Shown piece by piece: positions 9,811 to 19,806 of a DNA stretch of 64,000 nucleotides. The notes below the pieces were generated by a model. It was not told where the DNA came from. It made no database searches and worked only from the letters and a program-made list of their open reading frames with translations. Source of the stretch: Abditibacterium sp. (GTDB lineage Bacteria; Armatimonadota; Abditibacteriia; Abditibacteriales; Abditibacteriaceae); the NCBI GenBank assembly GCA_965199495.1, contig CBDASK010000003.1:3744001-3808000 (forward strand), in the 5' to 3' direction. The position numbers and the translations under genes were made by a program. Numbering within the stretch: position 1 is the first letter of the stretch; every line of letters begins with the position of its first letter.

Positions 9811-10890
9811 ATGAGTAAATCGCTTTGGCTTAGAAATGTTGTTTTGGCAATTTTGCCGTTGCTAATATTTGGGTTTATCTACCGCATTCGGGCCGACCAA
9901 AAGCGCACGCTTTTTTCTCAAAGCAATGTCATTGCTTTAGCTTTCGTCGCCGACACTAACCAACTCGCGGCTTCCACTGGAACGATGGGAGACTTCCAGA
10001 TATGGAATGTGCCATCTCGCAAGTTAATCTCGAAAGGTGGCAGAAATTCTTCTGATCGGGTCGAGGATCAGTTTTTCGGGAAAGGTCTGTTCTTGGCTCA
10101 TTTTGGAAGCGGGTCTCAAATGGAGATACGTGATATGCGAACGGGAAAAGTCGTGCAGACCATCGATTGCAAAAAGGAAATCGAAGCCCAATACCAAAAT
10201 TACGAGGATTTGGGAGCCGGTTACTTATCGAATGACGGAAAGATATTGGCGCTTGTGACTTGGACGCCGCCGAACGATAGAGATGTCCCGTCAAATGGGA
10301 AATTGCGCCTGTGGAATCTACAAAAACACCGACCGATTTGCGTCATTCAAGCCTCTGCGTTGCCGCCAAACTTTAAGCCGGGCGATTATTATATTGCGCC
10401 AGCCATTAGTTCGGTTCGGTTTGCGCCCGACGATAAAAGCATGGCCATTGGGCTGAACAATGGTGAAGTGAGTCTCTGGAGTGTGCCCGCAGGCCAATTG
10501 AAGCATCGCTTGAGCGGACAGCAGAATGCCGTGAAATCCCTGGCCTTTGCACCCGATGGCACTCGCTTGGCCAGTGGTAGCATCGGCGGCATTTTTGACA
10601 AGAGCGTCCGCAACAGCATCAACGTGTGGAATACGCGCCAGGGCGCGCTTTTGTATAGGCTCAATGTGGGAGCAGGCGCAACGGCCTTGACATTTTCGCC
10701 CGATGGAAAATGGGTGGCGAGCGGTGATGAGTGGGGTGGAGCCGCGTTATGGAATATCTCGACGGGCAAGCTAAGAGAACGGCTCAATGGTCATAGCCAA
10801 TGGATTTCAGGTTTGGATTTTTCGTCGGATGGAAAAACTCTGGCAACCGGGAGTTGGGACAAAAAAATCAAGCTATGGCGCATCGAGTAA
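9811..10890 (+). CDS. WD40 repeat protein with N-terminal membrane anchor
   Basis: Repeated (S/A)LAF(A/S)PDG..LASGS and GH...W...WD..IKLW units. Confidence 0.9.
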   Translation: MSKSLWLRNVVLAILPLLIFGFIYRIRADQKRTLFSQSNVIALAFVADTNQLAASTGTMGDFQIWNVPSRKLISKGGRNSSDRVEDQFFGKGLFLAHFGSGSQMEIRDMRTGKVVQTIDCKKEIEAQYQNYEDLGAGYLSNDGKILALVTWTPPNDRDVPSNGKLRLWNLQKHRPICVIQASALPPNFKPGDYYIAPAISSVRFAPDDKSMAIGLNNGEVSLWSVPAGQLKHRLSGQQNAVKSLAFAPDGTRLASGSIGGIFDKSVRNSINVWNTRQGALLYRLNVGAGATALTFSPDGKWVASGDEWGGAALWNISTGKLRERLNGHSQWISGLDFSSDGKTLATGSWDKKIKLWRIE

Positions 10891-10908
10891 ACGTTTACTA
10901 AGCTACCT

Positions 10909-11169
10909 TTATGATTCGTCGCGCGCGAGTTCCGCGCTCCATCGCGCGATTAAATGCAACTTATCGTTGCTCGTTAATTCGTTCGCTGGCGCACCCCATT
11001 TGACGGTGAATTCGGATTGTTCGGCGTCTTTGAGCGTTTTGGGCAATGCCGAGCGCAACTGTTGAACTTTGGCGAAAAACTCTTCTTCGGGCACCAGGCG
11101 TTTGCCCAGAATGCCTTTGCTTTCTTCGACTAATTGTTCGAGTTCGTTAATGATGCGGAGAACGTTCAT
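10909..11169 (-). CDS. Short, possibly truncated homolog of a conserved coiled-coil protein (often annotated ATPase)
   Basis: N-terminus NVLRIINELEQLVEESK..GKRLV.EEEF...QQLRSALP; similarity appears to end after KDAEQ. Confidence 0.4.
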   Translation of the reverse strand: MNVLRIINELEQLVEESKGILGKRLVPEEEFFAKVQQLRSALPKTLKDAEQSEFTVKWGAPANELTSNDKLHLIARWSAELARDES

Positions 11170-11323
11170 GTGCGATTGATTGGCAGTTTGCCTTGTATTG
11201 GCGGCAATAAAAACGGTAGCGAGACGCACGATTTTTGGTAAATTCATCTTTCGCGACTTTATCGCGGTTTTGCATGACGTTCACATTTCCCCATTCCCAA
11301 TTTGCGTCCAATGGAGATTCGCA

Positions 11324-11980
11324 ATGACGCCGCGTCGCATTTTATTATTGGGGCCGCCGGGCAGCGGCAAAGGCACGCAGTCGGTGCGCGTGGCTGCACA
11401 TCTCGGCATAGCGCACATAGCCACGGGTGACCTGTTCCGTGCGGAAATCGCCGCGCAAACCGAATTGGGCGTTTTGGCCGATAGTTTTATCGCGCACGGC
11501 AATTTGGTGCCCGACGAAGTGACTAATGAAGTCGTGCGCGAACGTTTGGCTCAATCCGATGCGCAGGGTTTCGTGTTGGACGGTTATCCGCGAACGTTGG
11601 ATCAAGCGCGCGCTTTGGAAGCGAATTTAAATTCGATTGAGCGTCCGCTCGACGGCGCGTTTTTGATTGATGTGCCCGACGAAAATATCGTGCAACGCGC
11701 GATTGGGCGCGTGTTGTGTCCGGGTTGCGGCGCGATTTATCATTTGCAGTTCAAGCCGCCTTCTGTTGCGGGCATTTGCGATAACTGTCGCAACGTTTTG
11801 GTCGTGCGCGACGACGATACGCCTTCAACCGTTAGGCACCGGTTGGCGGTTTATCATCGGATTACGGCGCCGGTGATCGAGTTTTATAAAGCAAAAGATT
11901 TGCTGAAAAGTGTGAATGGCGTGGGGACTCCCGATGAAATCACTCAATTGCTGCTTGCGCAAATCGCGCGGAGTTGGTAG
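11324..11980 (+). CDS. adk: Adenylate kinase with zinc LID
   Basis: GPPGSGKGTQ, LDGYPRT, CPGC...CDNC and RDDD motifs. Confidence 0.95.
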   Translation: MTPRRILLLGPPGSGKGTQSVRVAAHLGIAHIATGDLFRAEIAAQTELGVLADSFIAHGNLVPDEVTNEVVRERLAQSDAQGFVLDGYPRTLDQARALEANLNSIERPLDGAFLIDVPDENIVQRAIGRVLCPGCGAIYHLQFKPPSVAGICDNCRNVLVVRDDDTPSTVRHRLAVYHRITAPVIEFYKAKDLLKSVNGVGTPDEITQLLLAQIARSW

Positions 11981-12067
11981 AATTATCCCCTTGGCGCCCC
12001 CAAAGATTTTTTACGGCCCTTAATTGTGGCTGTTGCGCCGGGAGTAAAGCAAACAAATTTCGTAGAT

Positions 12068-12286
12068 ATGGCAAAAGATTCAGGAGTAGAAGTCGAAGGC
12101 CGCGTGGTGGAAACCCTCCCCAACGCGACTTTTCGTGTGGAACTTGAAGCAGGGCATGAGGTTTTGGCACATGTGTCGGGCCGGATGCGCCGCAACTTCA
12201 TCAAAATTCTGACCGGCGACCGCGTGTTGATCGAACTCAACGTCAACGATTTGACCCGTGGCCGCATCCTTTACCGCTACAAATAA
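12068..12286 (+). CDS. infA: Translation initiation factor IF-1
   Basis: [30 protein letters not shown]. Confidence 0.97.
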   Translation: MAKDSGVEVEGRVVETLPNATFRVELEAGHEVLAHVSGRMRRNFIKILTGDRVLIELNVNDLTRGRILYRYK

Positions 12287-12432
12287 AAATCTCGCACCCT
12301 GCTCGGTGGCATAGAGAAAATGAAGAACGGTTTGTATTCTAACGGACTATTCAAATTTTCTTTGTTTTCTCCGCGCGGATCGTTTCTGCGCGAGATTGAA
12401 GTTTGCGATTTTCCAAAAATCACGGAAAAATC

Positions 12433-12549
12433 ATGCAAGTTCGCACTTCTGTTAAACCGCGCTGCGTCAATTGTCGCGTCATTCGCCGTCATGGCAAAGT
12501 GATGGTCATCTGCAGCGCCGTCAAAAAGCACAAACAGCGCCAAGGCTAA
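12433..12549 (+). CDS. rpmJ: 50S ribosomal protein L36 (absent from the ORF track)
   Basis: Translated by hand: [38 protein letters not shown]. Confidence 0.95.
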   Translation: MQVRTSVKPRCVNCRVIRRHGKVMVICSAVKKHKQRQG

Positions 12550-12633
12550 TTGCAGCCACGCGCACTCGAACCAACCCGCGCACGTTCATGTAAATCGTAA
12601 GATTTGCCGCCGAGCGCACAATTTACCTCAATT

Positions 12634-13008
12634 ATGGCACGTATTGCTGGCATTGATTTGCCCCGCGACAAGCGGCTTGAAACCGCTCTCACCTACATCT
12701 TTGGCATCGGCCCCTCGCTCGCCAAAGAGATCATCACCAAATCTGAAATCGCCGAAAATCCGCGCGTGCGCGATTTGTCTGAAGCCGACGCCGCGCGTTT
12801 GCGCGAAATCGTCGAGCAGGATTACCGCGTCGAAGGCGACCTCAAGCGCCTCGTCAACGGCGACATCAAGCGCCTGATGGAAATTCAGGCCTATCGTGGC
12901 ATCCGCCATCGTCGCGGATTGCCGGTGCGCGGTCAGCGCACCAAGACCAACGCGCGCACCCGCAAAGGCCCGCGCAAAACCGTCGGCGTTAAAAGGACGA
13001 AGAAATAA
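12634..13008 (+). CDS. rpsM: 30S ribosomal protein S13
   Basis: [10 protein letters not shown] and [19 protein letters not shown]. Confidence 0.97.
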   Translation: MARIAGIDLPRDKRLETALTYIFGIGPSLAKEIITKSEIAENPRVRDLSEADAARLREIVEQDYRVEGDLKRLVNGDIKRLMEIQAYRGIRHRRGLPVRGQRTKTNARTRKGPRKTVGVKRTKK

Positions 13009-13013
13009 AGTCG

Positions 13014-13183
13014 AGCGTCGCTTCGCGCCCCTGTCATTCTGAGCGAAGTGAGGCACGAACGCAGTCGAAGAATCCAGCACGTTTTAGCTGTTGCGTAATT
13101 TCGCAGGGCTTTTCACTTCATGGATTCTTCGACTACGTTCGTGCCTCACTTCGCTCAGAATGACAGGGGCGCGAAGCGACGCT
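13014..13183. repeat. REP-like palindromic element, family A (GTCATTCTGAGC...GAAGAATCC), copy 1
   Basis: Inverted arms about 13014-13076 and 13121-13183. Same core at 24978 and 38631. Confidence 0.85.
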
Positions 13184-13200
13184 GATTACCTCACATCATT

Positions 13201-13584
13201 ATGGCAGAACCTCGTCAATCACGGCGTGCGAAGAAAGCTGCGGCTCGCGGCCAGGTCTTCATTCAAAGCACGTTCAATAATACCATCGTCACCATCACCG
13301 ACGGTGAAGGCAACTCGTTCGGTTGGGCTTCGGCTGGCACCGTCGGTTTCAAAGGCACCAAAAAGGGCACGCCCTTCGCCGCGCAAGTCGCCGCGTCCAA
13401 TCTGGCGCGCCGCGCCGCCGAAGCGGGCATGAAGCGCGTTGACATCTTCGTCAAAGGCCCCGGTAGCGGACGCGAAACCGCGATTCGCGCGATTCAGGCT
13501 TCCGGTTTGGAAGTCGGCTCGATCCGCGACGTGACGCCGATTCCGCACAACGGTTGCCGCCCCAAAAAGCGTCGCCGCGTGTAG
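13201..13584 (+). CDS. rpsK: 30S ribosomal protein S11
   Basis: [20 protein letters not shown] and [12 protein letters not shown]. Confidence 0.97.
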   Translation: MAEPRQSRRAKKAAARGQVFIQSTFNNTIVTITDGEGNSFGWASAGTVGFKGTKKGTPFAAQVAASNLARRAAEAGMKRVDIFVKGPGSGRETAIRAIQASGLEVGSIRDVTPIPHNGCRPKKRRRV

Positions 13585-13585
13585 T

Positions 13586-13712
13586 TGGCAAGGAACAAGT
13601 GGCAAGGAGCAGGGAATAAGGGAGGGAAAAGCAGATTGTAGCGCGACGAGAAATCGCAAAGCGCATTGCCTCCAAATTTCTGTCCTTGTTCCTTGCCACT
13701 TGTTCCTTGCCC
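13586..13712. repeat. Inverted heptamer-periodic repeat element (AAGTGGCAAGGA.CAGGGAA)
   Basis: Purine-rich 7-nt periodic arm followed by its complement. Same family at 32360-32462. Confidence 0.7.
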
Positions 13713-13818
13713 CATTAACAACCTGCGCCGGTAAAACAGGCGCGCGCGACTCTTAACCAAGCACGCGCGACCCAAGCCCGGCGCCGAACAACAAACAGGA
13801 AAGAACAAAATTTAAATT

Positions 13819-14433
13819 ATGGCTCGATATACAGGCCCAGTGGGCAAAGTGAGTCGCCGTCTTGGTTTCGGCATCTCAGAAAAAGGCGATCGGATTCTCA
13901 AAAAGCGGCCCAATCCGCCGGGTATGCACGGTCACAACGGCCCGCCCCGCAAACAGTCGGATTACTCGTTGCGTTTGGCCGAGAAACAGAAAGCGCGCTA
14001 CGCTTACGGAATGCTCGAAAAGCAGTTCCGCCGCACCTTTATGGAAGCGAAGCGGATGCAGGGAGAAACCGGTTCCAACTTCTTCTCGTTGTTAGAGCGC
14101 CGTTTGGATAACGTGGTTTATCGCATGGGCTTGGCTTCGACGCGCGCTCAGGCGCGCCAGCTTGTGAACCACGGCCACATCATCGTCAATGGTCGCAAAA
14201 CCGACATCGCTTCGTATTCGGTGAAAATCGGCACACAGATTAGCGTGCGCCCGCAGAGCCGCAACACGACTTACTTTAAGGAACACGCCGAGGGCGGCGC
14301 CAGCCGTAATCGCGTTCCGGGTTGGATTTCGATGGACGGCGATATGAGCGGAACCGTGCAGTCTTTGCCGCGCCGCGAAGACGCCGAACCCGACATCAAC
14401 GATCTGTTCATCGTTGAGTTCTACTCGCGTTAA
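13819..14433 (+). CDS. rpsD: 30S ribosomal protein S4
   Basis: [27 protein letters not shown] and IVEFYSR. No zinc cysteines. Confidence 0.97.
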   Translation: MARYTGPVGKVSRRLGFGISEKGDRILKKRPNPPGMHGHNGPPRKQSDYSLRLAEKQKARYAYGMLEKQFRRTFMEAKRMQGETGSNFFSLLERRLDNVVYRMGLASTRAQARQLVNHGHIIVNGRKTDIASYSVKIGTQISVRPQSRNTTYFKEHAEGGASRNRVPGWISMDGDMSGTVQSLPRREDAEPDINDLFIVEFYSR

Positions 14434-14574
14434 GGAAAAGCGGAAACACATCTTGTCGAATAACCCGATTGTCTCAATCGGGTTATTGCGATGCCAGAAG
14501 GTTCTTTTGTTTCGACGGAATTAACGAGAAGTAAATGACCTTGCTGAGAAACAGTTAGGGCTATTAATTAAACT

Positions 14575-15555
14575 ATGCTGACAACCAATCAGGGTTCGGC
14601 TCCCAAAGTCAACGCGATGGCGGGCGCCAACGACCGTTACGCGAAATTCACCGTTTCCCCGCTTCCCAAAGGCTACGGCCACACGCTCGGAGCTTCGCTG
14701 CGCCGCATTTTGCTTTCGTCCATCGAAGGCATTTCGATCACGGCGATTCAGGTTCAGGGCGTGCAGCACGAGTTCACGACGTTGCCCGGCATCGTCGAGG
14801 ACATGATGGAAATCGTGCTCAACCTGAAAGAAATTTCGGTGCGCTCACCTAACGGTCGCCTCGAAGGCCCCGTGGCTGCTCGCATCGACAAAGTCGGCGA
14901 AGGTCGCGTGACCGCCGCCGATGTGCAATTGCCAAGTGGCGTGCAGATGGTTTCGCCCGAAAAACCGATTTGCACCTTGAGCAAACCCGACGCGCGTTTC
15001 GACGCCGTTATCACCATCGAAGCTGGCGTTGGCTACGTTCCTGCGAGCTTGCAGGAACGCGGCAAAACTATCGGCACGATTCCGATTGATGCCAATTACT
15101 CGCCGGTTACGCGCGTCAACTATTACGTTGAACCCACGCGCGTCGGCCAACAGACCGAGTTGGATCGCCTGGTTCTGGAAGTTCATACCAACGGAACTTT
15201 GACGCCCTCTGCGGCTTTGGCGCAAGCGGCGGGCATCATGACGAGTTATCTCGGATTGTTCACCGGCATGGAAGGCGGCGTCGAAATTCTGCCCGTCCCC
15301 GGTGCCGAGCCAACCGCCAGTCGTGCGCGCGACATCAAAATTGATGATCTCGATTTCAGCAACCGCACTTACAACTGTTTGAAACGTCAGGGCATCGAAA
15401 CGCTCGAAGAGTTGGCCGGTTACAACGAGGAAGAGCTGATGAACATTCGCAACTTCGGACAGAAGTCGCTGGATGAAGTCATCGAGAAGCTCAAAGAATA
15501 CAACATGGACTTGCGTCCCGCCGCCAGCGCCGACGCCGAGGAATACGCGATTTAA
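14575..15555 (+). CDS. rpoA: RNA polymerase alpha subunit
   Basis: GYGHTLGASLRRILLSS, DANYSPV, SNRTYNCLKR and IRNFGQKS. Confidence 0.97.
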   Translation: MLTTNQGSAPKVNAMAGANDRYAKFTVSPLPKGYGHTLGASLRRILLSSIEGISITAIQVQGVQHEFTTLPGIVEDMMEIVLNLKEISVRSPNGRLEGPVAARIDKVGEGRVTAADVQLPSGVQMVSPEKPICTLSKPDARFDAVITIEAGVGYVPASLQERGKTIGTIPIDANYSPVTRVNYYVEPTRVGQQTELDRLVLEVHTNGTLTPSAALAQAAGIMTSYLGLFTGMEGGVEILPVPGAEPTASRARDIKIDDLDFSNRTYNCLKRQGIETLEELAGYNEEELMNIRNFGQKSLDEVIEKLKEYNMDLRPAASADAEEYAI

Positions 15556-15559
15556 TCGC

Positions 15560-15667
15560 AGGGTGACAGGTGGCAAGTCTCAGGTGACAGGGAGTGGAGA
15601 GCCAGTCTTCGCGACGAACTTTCTAATCTTCTCCACTTGAAACTTGTCACCTGTTACCTGCCACCCT
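15560..15667. repeat. Inverted heptamer-periodic repeat element (AGGTGAC/AGGTGGC type)
   Basis: AGGGTGACAGGTGGCAAGTCTCAGG and its complement CTTGAAACTTGTCACCTGTTACCTGCCACCCT. Confidence 0.65.
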
Positions 15668-15678
15668 AAAGGAGAAAT

Positions 15679-16167
15679 ATGCGACATAAAGTAGGAAAGC
15701 GCAAGCTGAACAAACCGACCGATCAGCGAATGGCGCTCTTAAAAAACCAGGTGCAGGCGTTGTTCATGCACGAGCGTTTGGTCACGACCGAAGCGCGCGC
15801 CAAAGAAGTGCGTTCGCTCGCGGAAAAGCTGATCACGCGCGCCAAAGTCGATACCTTGGCCAACCGCCAGCAGGTCGAGAAATACATCCAGAAGCCGCCG
15901 ATGCCGACGGAAACCAAATACAAATTCGCCGAGCGCAAAGCGCGCAATCCCTATGCGGTGCGCAAAAGCGTGACGGTGAAAAAGTGGCGCGATATGGAGC
16001 ATCCCGAACGCGAGATTCTGGAGAAACTCTTCACCGACATCGCCCCGCGCTACGCGGGCCGCGCCAAAGACGCCCCCGGCGGCAACGGCGGCTACACCCG
16101 CATCGTGAAGCTGCCCGCCCGTCGCGGCGACGCCGCCCCCACAGCCGTGCTGTTGTTAGTCGAGTAA
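15679..16167 (+). CDS. rplQ: 50S ribosomal protein L17 with an internal insertion
   Basis: MRHK, TTEARAKEVR..AEKLIT and GGYTRIVKL..RRGDAA. Confidence 0.95.
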   Translation: MRHKVGKRKLNKPTDQRMALLKNQVQALFMHERLVTTEARAKEVRSLAEKLITRAKVDTLANRQQVEKYIQKPPMPTETKYKFAERKARNPYAVRKSVTVKKWRDMEHPEREILEKLFTDIAPRYAGRAKDAPGGNGGYTRIVKLPARRGDAAPTAVLLLVE

Positions 16168-16211
16168 TCGTGCGACGTGGCTGCTGTTGAGGACGCGGAA
16201 ATTTGCGGGAT
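16162..16211 (+). repeat. 50-bp segment (rplQ last codon, stop and downstream DNA) duplicated at 22059-22107
   Basis: GAGTAATCGTGCGACGTGGCTGCTGTTGAGGACGCGGAA(A)TTTGCGGGAT; the two copies differ by one A. Confidence 0.95.
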
Positions 16212-16307
16212 AACGCTGATGTGAATCGGTGTTATCCCGCGAGCTTGCAGTGATTTGCGTGCGGTTCGCACGAAGCGAAGGCGACATCGCTATGACGAAA
16301 CTTATTG

Positions 16308-16313
16308 TATAAT
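16308..16313 (+). promoter_or_regulatory. Putative -10 box for a leaderless transcript of the cargo gene
   Basis: TATAAT lies 7 nt upstream of the in-frame ATG at 16321. Confidence 0.45.
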
Positions 16314-16320
16314 GAAAGAC

Positions 16321-17808
16321 ATGAATAAAACCGACTTGAGCTCCATGTATTCTTTGTTCCATTGTGCAGATACTGGCATTGGTGCATTTGCAGTAGAAGG
16401 AATGCATGATAAAGTTCACGAGCATCTTAGCCACCTTGATCAAAAATCTCTGACTAAAGTTCAATTGAACCAACTATTTGTGTTATCCAACGCAGGTAGC
16501 GTGTCGGACGGATTCTTTCAATATTACTGGTGCACAATTCCTGAACACACTTATGATGTAGAGAAAATACGCTACTATAACAAAGGCTTAGACATCAAGA
16601 ACATAGCCAAGCCGGAGATACTGTCTCACGATCATTTGCGGTGGGGTTTATATCGGTTTTACGTAGATGCTCTTCTCTACTTCGGCAATATTTCTGATGC
16701 TTTTGCTGCACTTCGTTCAATAAGTTTCGTAGAGTTGACCGAGTTTTTTGCCCAGAAGCGTTTTGATACAGAATCTATCAAGAATAGGGGGCCGTCTCTT
16801 GATCTTCAAAAAATCATCAAAGATGATAGATACTTGATTTCAGAAATGGTTTGTAAGAACTTCGGCGATTTGACCATTGATGGTGACTTACCCGCAGATA
16901 AAGACAATCTCAGAGAGAAATTTCTGAGACTTTATCGTGAGCGCGCGAAAAAAGGAAAAGGCTCTGTCCCCTTCAAATTGTTGATTGCCGACATTTTAAG
17001 AGAGGAAAAAAGTAATCCTAACCAATTAACGCTCTCTTTCGATGAACTTCTTGAGGACGTCATATCTGATGAGAGCGACCTCATTAAGAAATTCGATGGC
17101 CTACTGACAAAATACTCAAACGCTCGGCAAAAGGCACAACAGAATACCGATCTATATCTTTCAATGGTAAACGACCTTGATATATATGTCGCTACAAGTA
17201 TGCGAACTCGCCAGAATTTCCGCGAAATGGCTGACACTTGTGACGCTATCTTTCGAAGCGAAAATTTGAAAGATTTGCACTTGCGCTACTTCGACCCGAC
17301 GATGAGCGCGGCACGTGGACATGAAGACAAAGGATTGATTGAGTGCTTAATGGTTAAGTGCGCAAAAGTCGTTATTTACACAGCAGGTGAGAAAGAGAGT
17401 TATGGAAAAGATGCTGAAGCTGCTATGGCACTCAGCCTCGGAAAACCAGTTATCTTCCACTGCGATGAAAATGCAAAAGATGACTTTTACAAAAATGTTC
17501 ACCCATTGTCGAGATTGATTGATTTTCGTTCGGGAGTTGCAGTTGGGGCAATTGTATCGAGTAGTATCGTTGACACGACAGAAATTTTGCGGCGTATATT
17601 TTCCAACGAGATGGAGTATGAGATTAAGCATCATGATTCTCGTGATGGTTATCTTAAACTTCACGAAAAGCTGACGGGCTCAGTTGTAAGATTACAAACT
17701 GAAGATCCTTTGCTAACAACGACGTTTTGGAACAATTATCATAAACGCCAGCCTGGAAAATATATCACGCTCGCGGCAGGTAAAGAAGCTGAACGACTTC
17801 AAGAGTGA
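16321..17808 (+). CDS. Low-GC inserted gene with a C-terminal nucleoside 2-deoxyribosyltransferase (NDT)-like domain
   Basis: AT-rich codons unlike its neighbours. C-terminal DIYVATS...FDP...AKVVIY...SYGKDAEAAMALSLGKPVIF resembles the NDT/RCL signature. Confidence 0.6.
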   Translation: MNKTDLSSMYSLFHCADTGIGAFAVEGMHDKVHEHLSHLDQKSLTKVQLNQLFVLSNAGSVSDGFFQYYWCTIPEHTYDVEKIRYYNKGLDIKNIAKPEILSHDHLRWGLYRFYVDALLYFGNISDAFAALRSISFVELTEFFAQKRFDTESIKNRGPSLDLQKIIKDDRYLISEMVCKNFGDLTIDGDLPADKDNLREKFLRLYRERAKKGKGSVPFKLLIADILREEKSNPNQLTLSFDELLEDVISDESDLIKKFDGLLTKYSNARQKAQQNTDLYLSMVNDLDIYVATSMRTRQNFREMADTCDAIFRSENLKDLHLRYFDPTMSAARGHEDKGLIECLMVKCAKVVIYTAGEKESYGKDAEAAMALSLGKPVIFHCDENAKDDFYKNVHPLSRLIDFRSGVAVGAIVSSSIVDTTEILRRIFSNEMEYEIKHHDSRDGYLKLHEKLTGSVVRLQTEDPLLTTTFWNNYHKRQPGKYITLAAGKEAERLQE

Positions 17809-17816
17809 TGTCTTCC

Positions 17817-18599
17817 ATGCGACGAATCGCCTTAACTGTGGCCTACGACGGCACGCCCTGGTGCGGATCGCAACGCCAGCAGAATGGGCGCACGATTCAG
17901 GGCGAAATCGAAGGCGCGCTGGAAACCCTGCTCAAAGCAGCCACGCCGATCTCGATGGCGGGGCGCACCGATAGAGGCGTGCACGCGCGCGGGCAAGTCG
18001 CCGCGTTCGAGACGCCGAATCGCTCGCTCCCGACCGAGCGATTCGATTTGGCGTTGAACGGAAAACTCCCGCGCTCGATTCGGGTGCGCGAGCCGCGCGA
18101 GGTGCCAGAGCGTTGGCATCCGCGCTTTGACGCGACAGGGCGGGTTTACGTTTATCGGTTGCAAATTGGCGACGAAAACCCGTTGACGCGGCAAATCGCC
18201 GCGAGTTGGACGAAACAGTTAGACTACTCTGCCGCACGCGAGGCGAGCCGGGCTTTCATCGGAAGGCACGACTTCAAAGCGTGGCAATCGGCGGGCAGTC
18301 CGATGCCGACGACGGTGCGCTGCGTGCGGCGCATCGAGTTCCGAGAAACGGCGGCTTTCGGGTCGCCGCTCTGGGAAATAGAAATTGAGGCCGACGCGTT
18401 TTTGTATCAGATGGTGCGAAACATCGTCGGCGCGCTGATCGAAGCCGGACGAGGCCGATTGGACGCGGATGCGATTCGGGCGTTGACGCTGGGACGGGAC
18501 AGAACCAAATGTCCGGCCCCGGCGCCGCCGCAGGGATTGTGTCTGGAGCAAGTGATTTACGGAGAAAGAGAGAAAACTGATGGCAAGCATTCAACCTAA
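17817..18599 (+). CDS. truA: tRNA pseudouridine(38-40) synthase
   Basis: [26 protein letters not shown] and APPQGLCL. Confidence 0.95.
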   Translation: MRRIALTVAYDGTPWCGSQRQQNGRTIQGEIEGALETLLKAATPISMAGRTDRGVHARGQVAAFETPNRSLPTERFDLALNGKLPRSIRVREPREVPERWHPRFDATGRVYVYRLQIGDENPLTRQIAASWTKQLDYSAAREASRAFIGRHDFKAWQSAGSPMPTTVRCVRRIEFRETAAFGSPLWEIEIEADAFLYQMVRNIVGALIEAGRGRLDADAIRALTLGRDRTKCPAPAPPQGLCLEQVIYGEREKTDGKHST

Positions 18600-19041
18600 A
18601 ACCTACCACGCCAAACCCGGCGAAGTCGAGCGCAACTGGTATGTCATTGACGCAGACGGCCAAACCGTCGGGCGCATCGCATCGCGCATCGCGCACATTC
18701 TGCGCGGCAAGCACAAACCGCAGTTCACCCCGTCCATTGACGTGGGCGATTTCGTGATCGTGCTCAACGCCGAGAAGATCGTGTTCAAGGGCGACAAAAT
18801 GGACGATAAAATCTATTATCGCACTACGACGCGTCCCGGCTCGATGAAGAAGATCAACGCGCGTTCGTTGTTGGAAAAGAACCCGACGAAGATTCTGGAA
18901 GACGCGATCTGGGGCATGGTTCCGCACAACACGCTGGGCCGCCAACAGATCCGCAAACTGCACGTTTATGCGGGCGATTCGCATCCGCACAACGCGCAAA
19001 ACCCGCAGGTTCTGGAACCCTCCGCCATCGGCGTGGGCTGA
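18580..19041 (+). CDS. rplM: 50S ribosomal protein L13
   Basis: [17 protein letters not shown] and HPHNAQ. Confidence 0.97.
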   Translation: MASIQPKTYHAKPGEVERNWYVIDADGQTVGRIASRIAHILRGKHKPQFTPSIDVGDFVIVLNAEKIVFKGDKMDDKIYYRTTTRPGSMKKINARSLLEKNPTKILEDAIWGMVPHNTLGRQQIRKLHVYAGDSHPHNAQNPQVLEPSAIGVG

Positions 19042-19051
19042 AAAATTTCGG

Positions 19052-19150
19052 ATTTCACACAAAGATACTAAGATCACACAAAGAGGCACAAAGGGTTTTC
19101 ATTCATTCTCTTTGTCTCCTTTGTGCGAACTTTGTTTCTTTGTGTGAAAT
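19052..19150. repeat. Inverted short-period (CACAAAG) repeat element
   Basis: ATTTCACACAAAGA...CACAAAG arm and complementary CTTTGTG...TCTTTGTGTGAAAT arm. Confidence 0.65.
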
Positions 19151-19184
19151 GATCGAAGCAACTGTTTGGATAACGAAAAACATT

Positions 19185-19571
19185 ATGGCAGAAACATATT
19201 ATGGCACCGGCAAACGCAAAGATGCGGTTGCACGCGTGTATCTCACGCCCGGATCGGGCACGATGACCGTCAACGGCAAGCCGTTGGACGAATACTTCAC
19301 GCGCATTTTCTCGCAGCAACTCGCCAAAAGCTCTTTGGCCATCGCTGGCGAGCAGACCTTCGACATCAAAGTTTTCTGCAACGGCGGCGGCATCAACGGC
19401 CAGGCCGGTGCGGTCAAGCACGGCATTGCCAAATGCTTGGTCGCGATGAACGAAGAGTTGCGCGGCGGACTGCGCGAAATCGGCGCCCTGACGCGCGACT
19501 CGCGCGTCAAAGAGCGCAAGAAATATGGCCGCAAACGCGCGCGCCGTGGCTTCCAGTTCTCGAAACGCTAA
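19185..19571 (+). CDS. rpsI: 30S ribosomal protein S9
   Basis: GTGKRKDAVARV, GGGINGQAGA and ERKKYG...QFSKR. Confidence 0.97.
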   Translation: MAETYYGTGKRKDAVARVYLTPGSGTMTVNGKPLDEYFTRIFSQQLAKSSLAIAGEQTFDIKVFCNGGGINGQAGAVKHGIAKCLVAMNEELRGGLREIGALTRDSRVKERKKYGRKRARRGFQFSKR

Positions 19572-19591
19572 AGTTTGCGAGGGCAAACGCG

Positions 19592-19624
19592 AAAAACCGC
19601 GACCAATTTTGGTCGCGGTTTTTT
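19592..19624 (+). terminator. Intrinsic terminator of the ribosomal operon
   Basis: AAAAACCGCGACCAA/TTGGTCGCGGTTTTTT. Confidence 0.8.
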
Positions 19625-19806
19625 GTTTTGGGATAGAAAAAATACAAATAACCGAGCTGAGCCGTCTTTCACTTTAATTTTATGAATTCGGGCGTTCTTC
19701 ATAAGAAATTCAAAATCAAATTTGAGAGATTCTATTGCCAAAACTTGAAACATTCCAAAGGGTTTGTTAAGTTTGAAATGACTTATTCATTTCAATTTTT
19801 CAGAGT

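Noticed and set aside
13586..13712. Short periodic repeats as a possible CRISPR array
   Set aside because: 7-nt periodic and inverted, with no repeat-spacer structure and no cas genes.
16205..16240. Hairpin after rplQ as a terminator
   Set aside because: The stem is good but has no U tract; function unclear.
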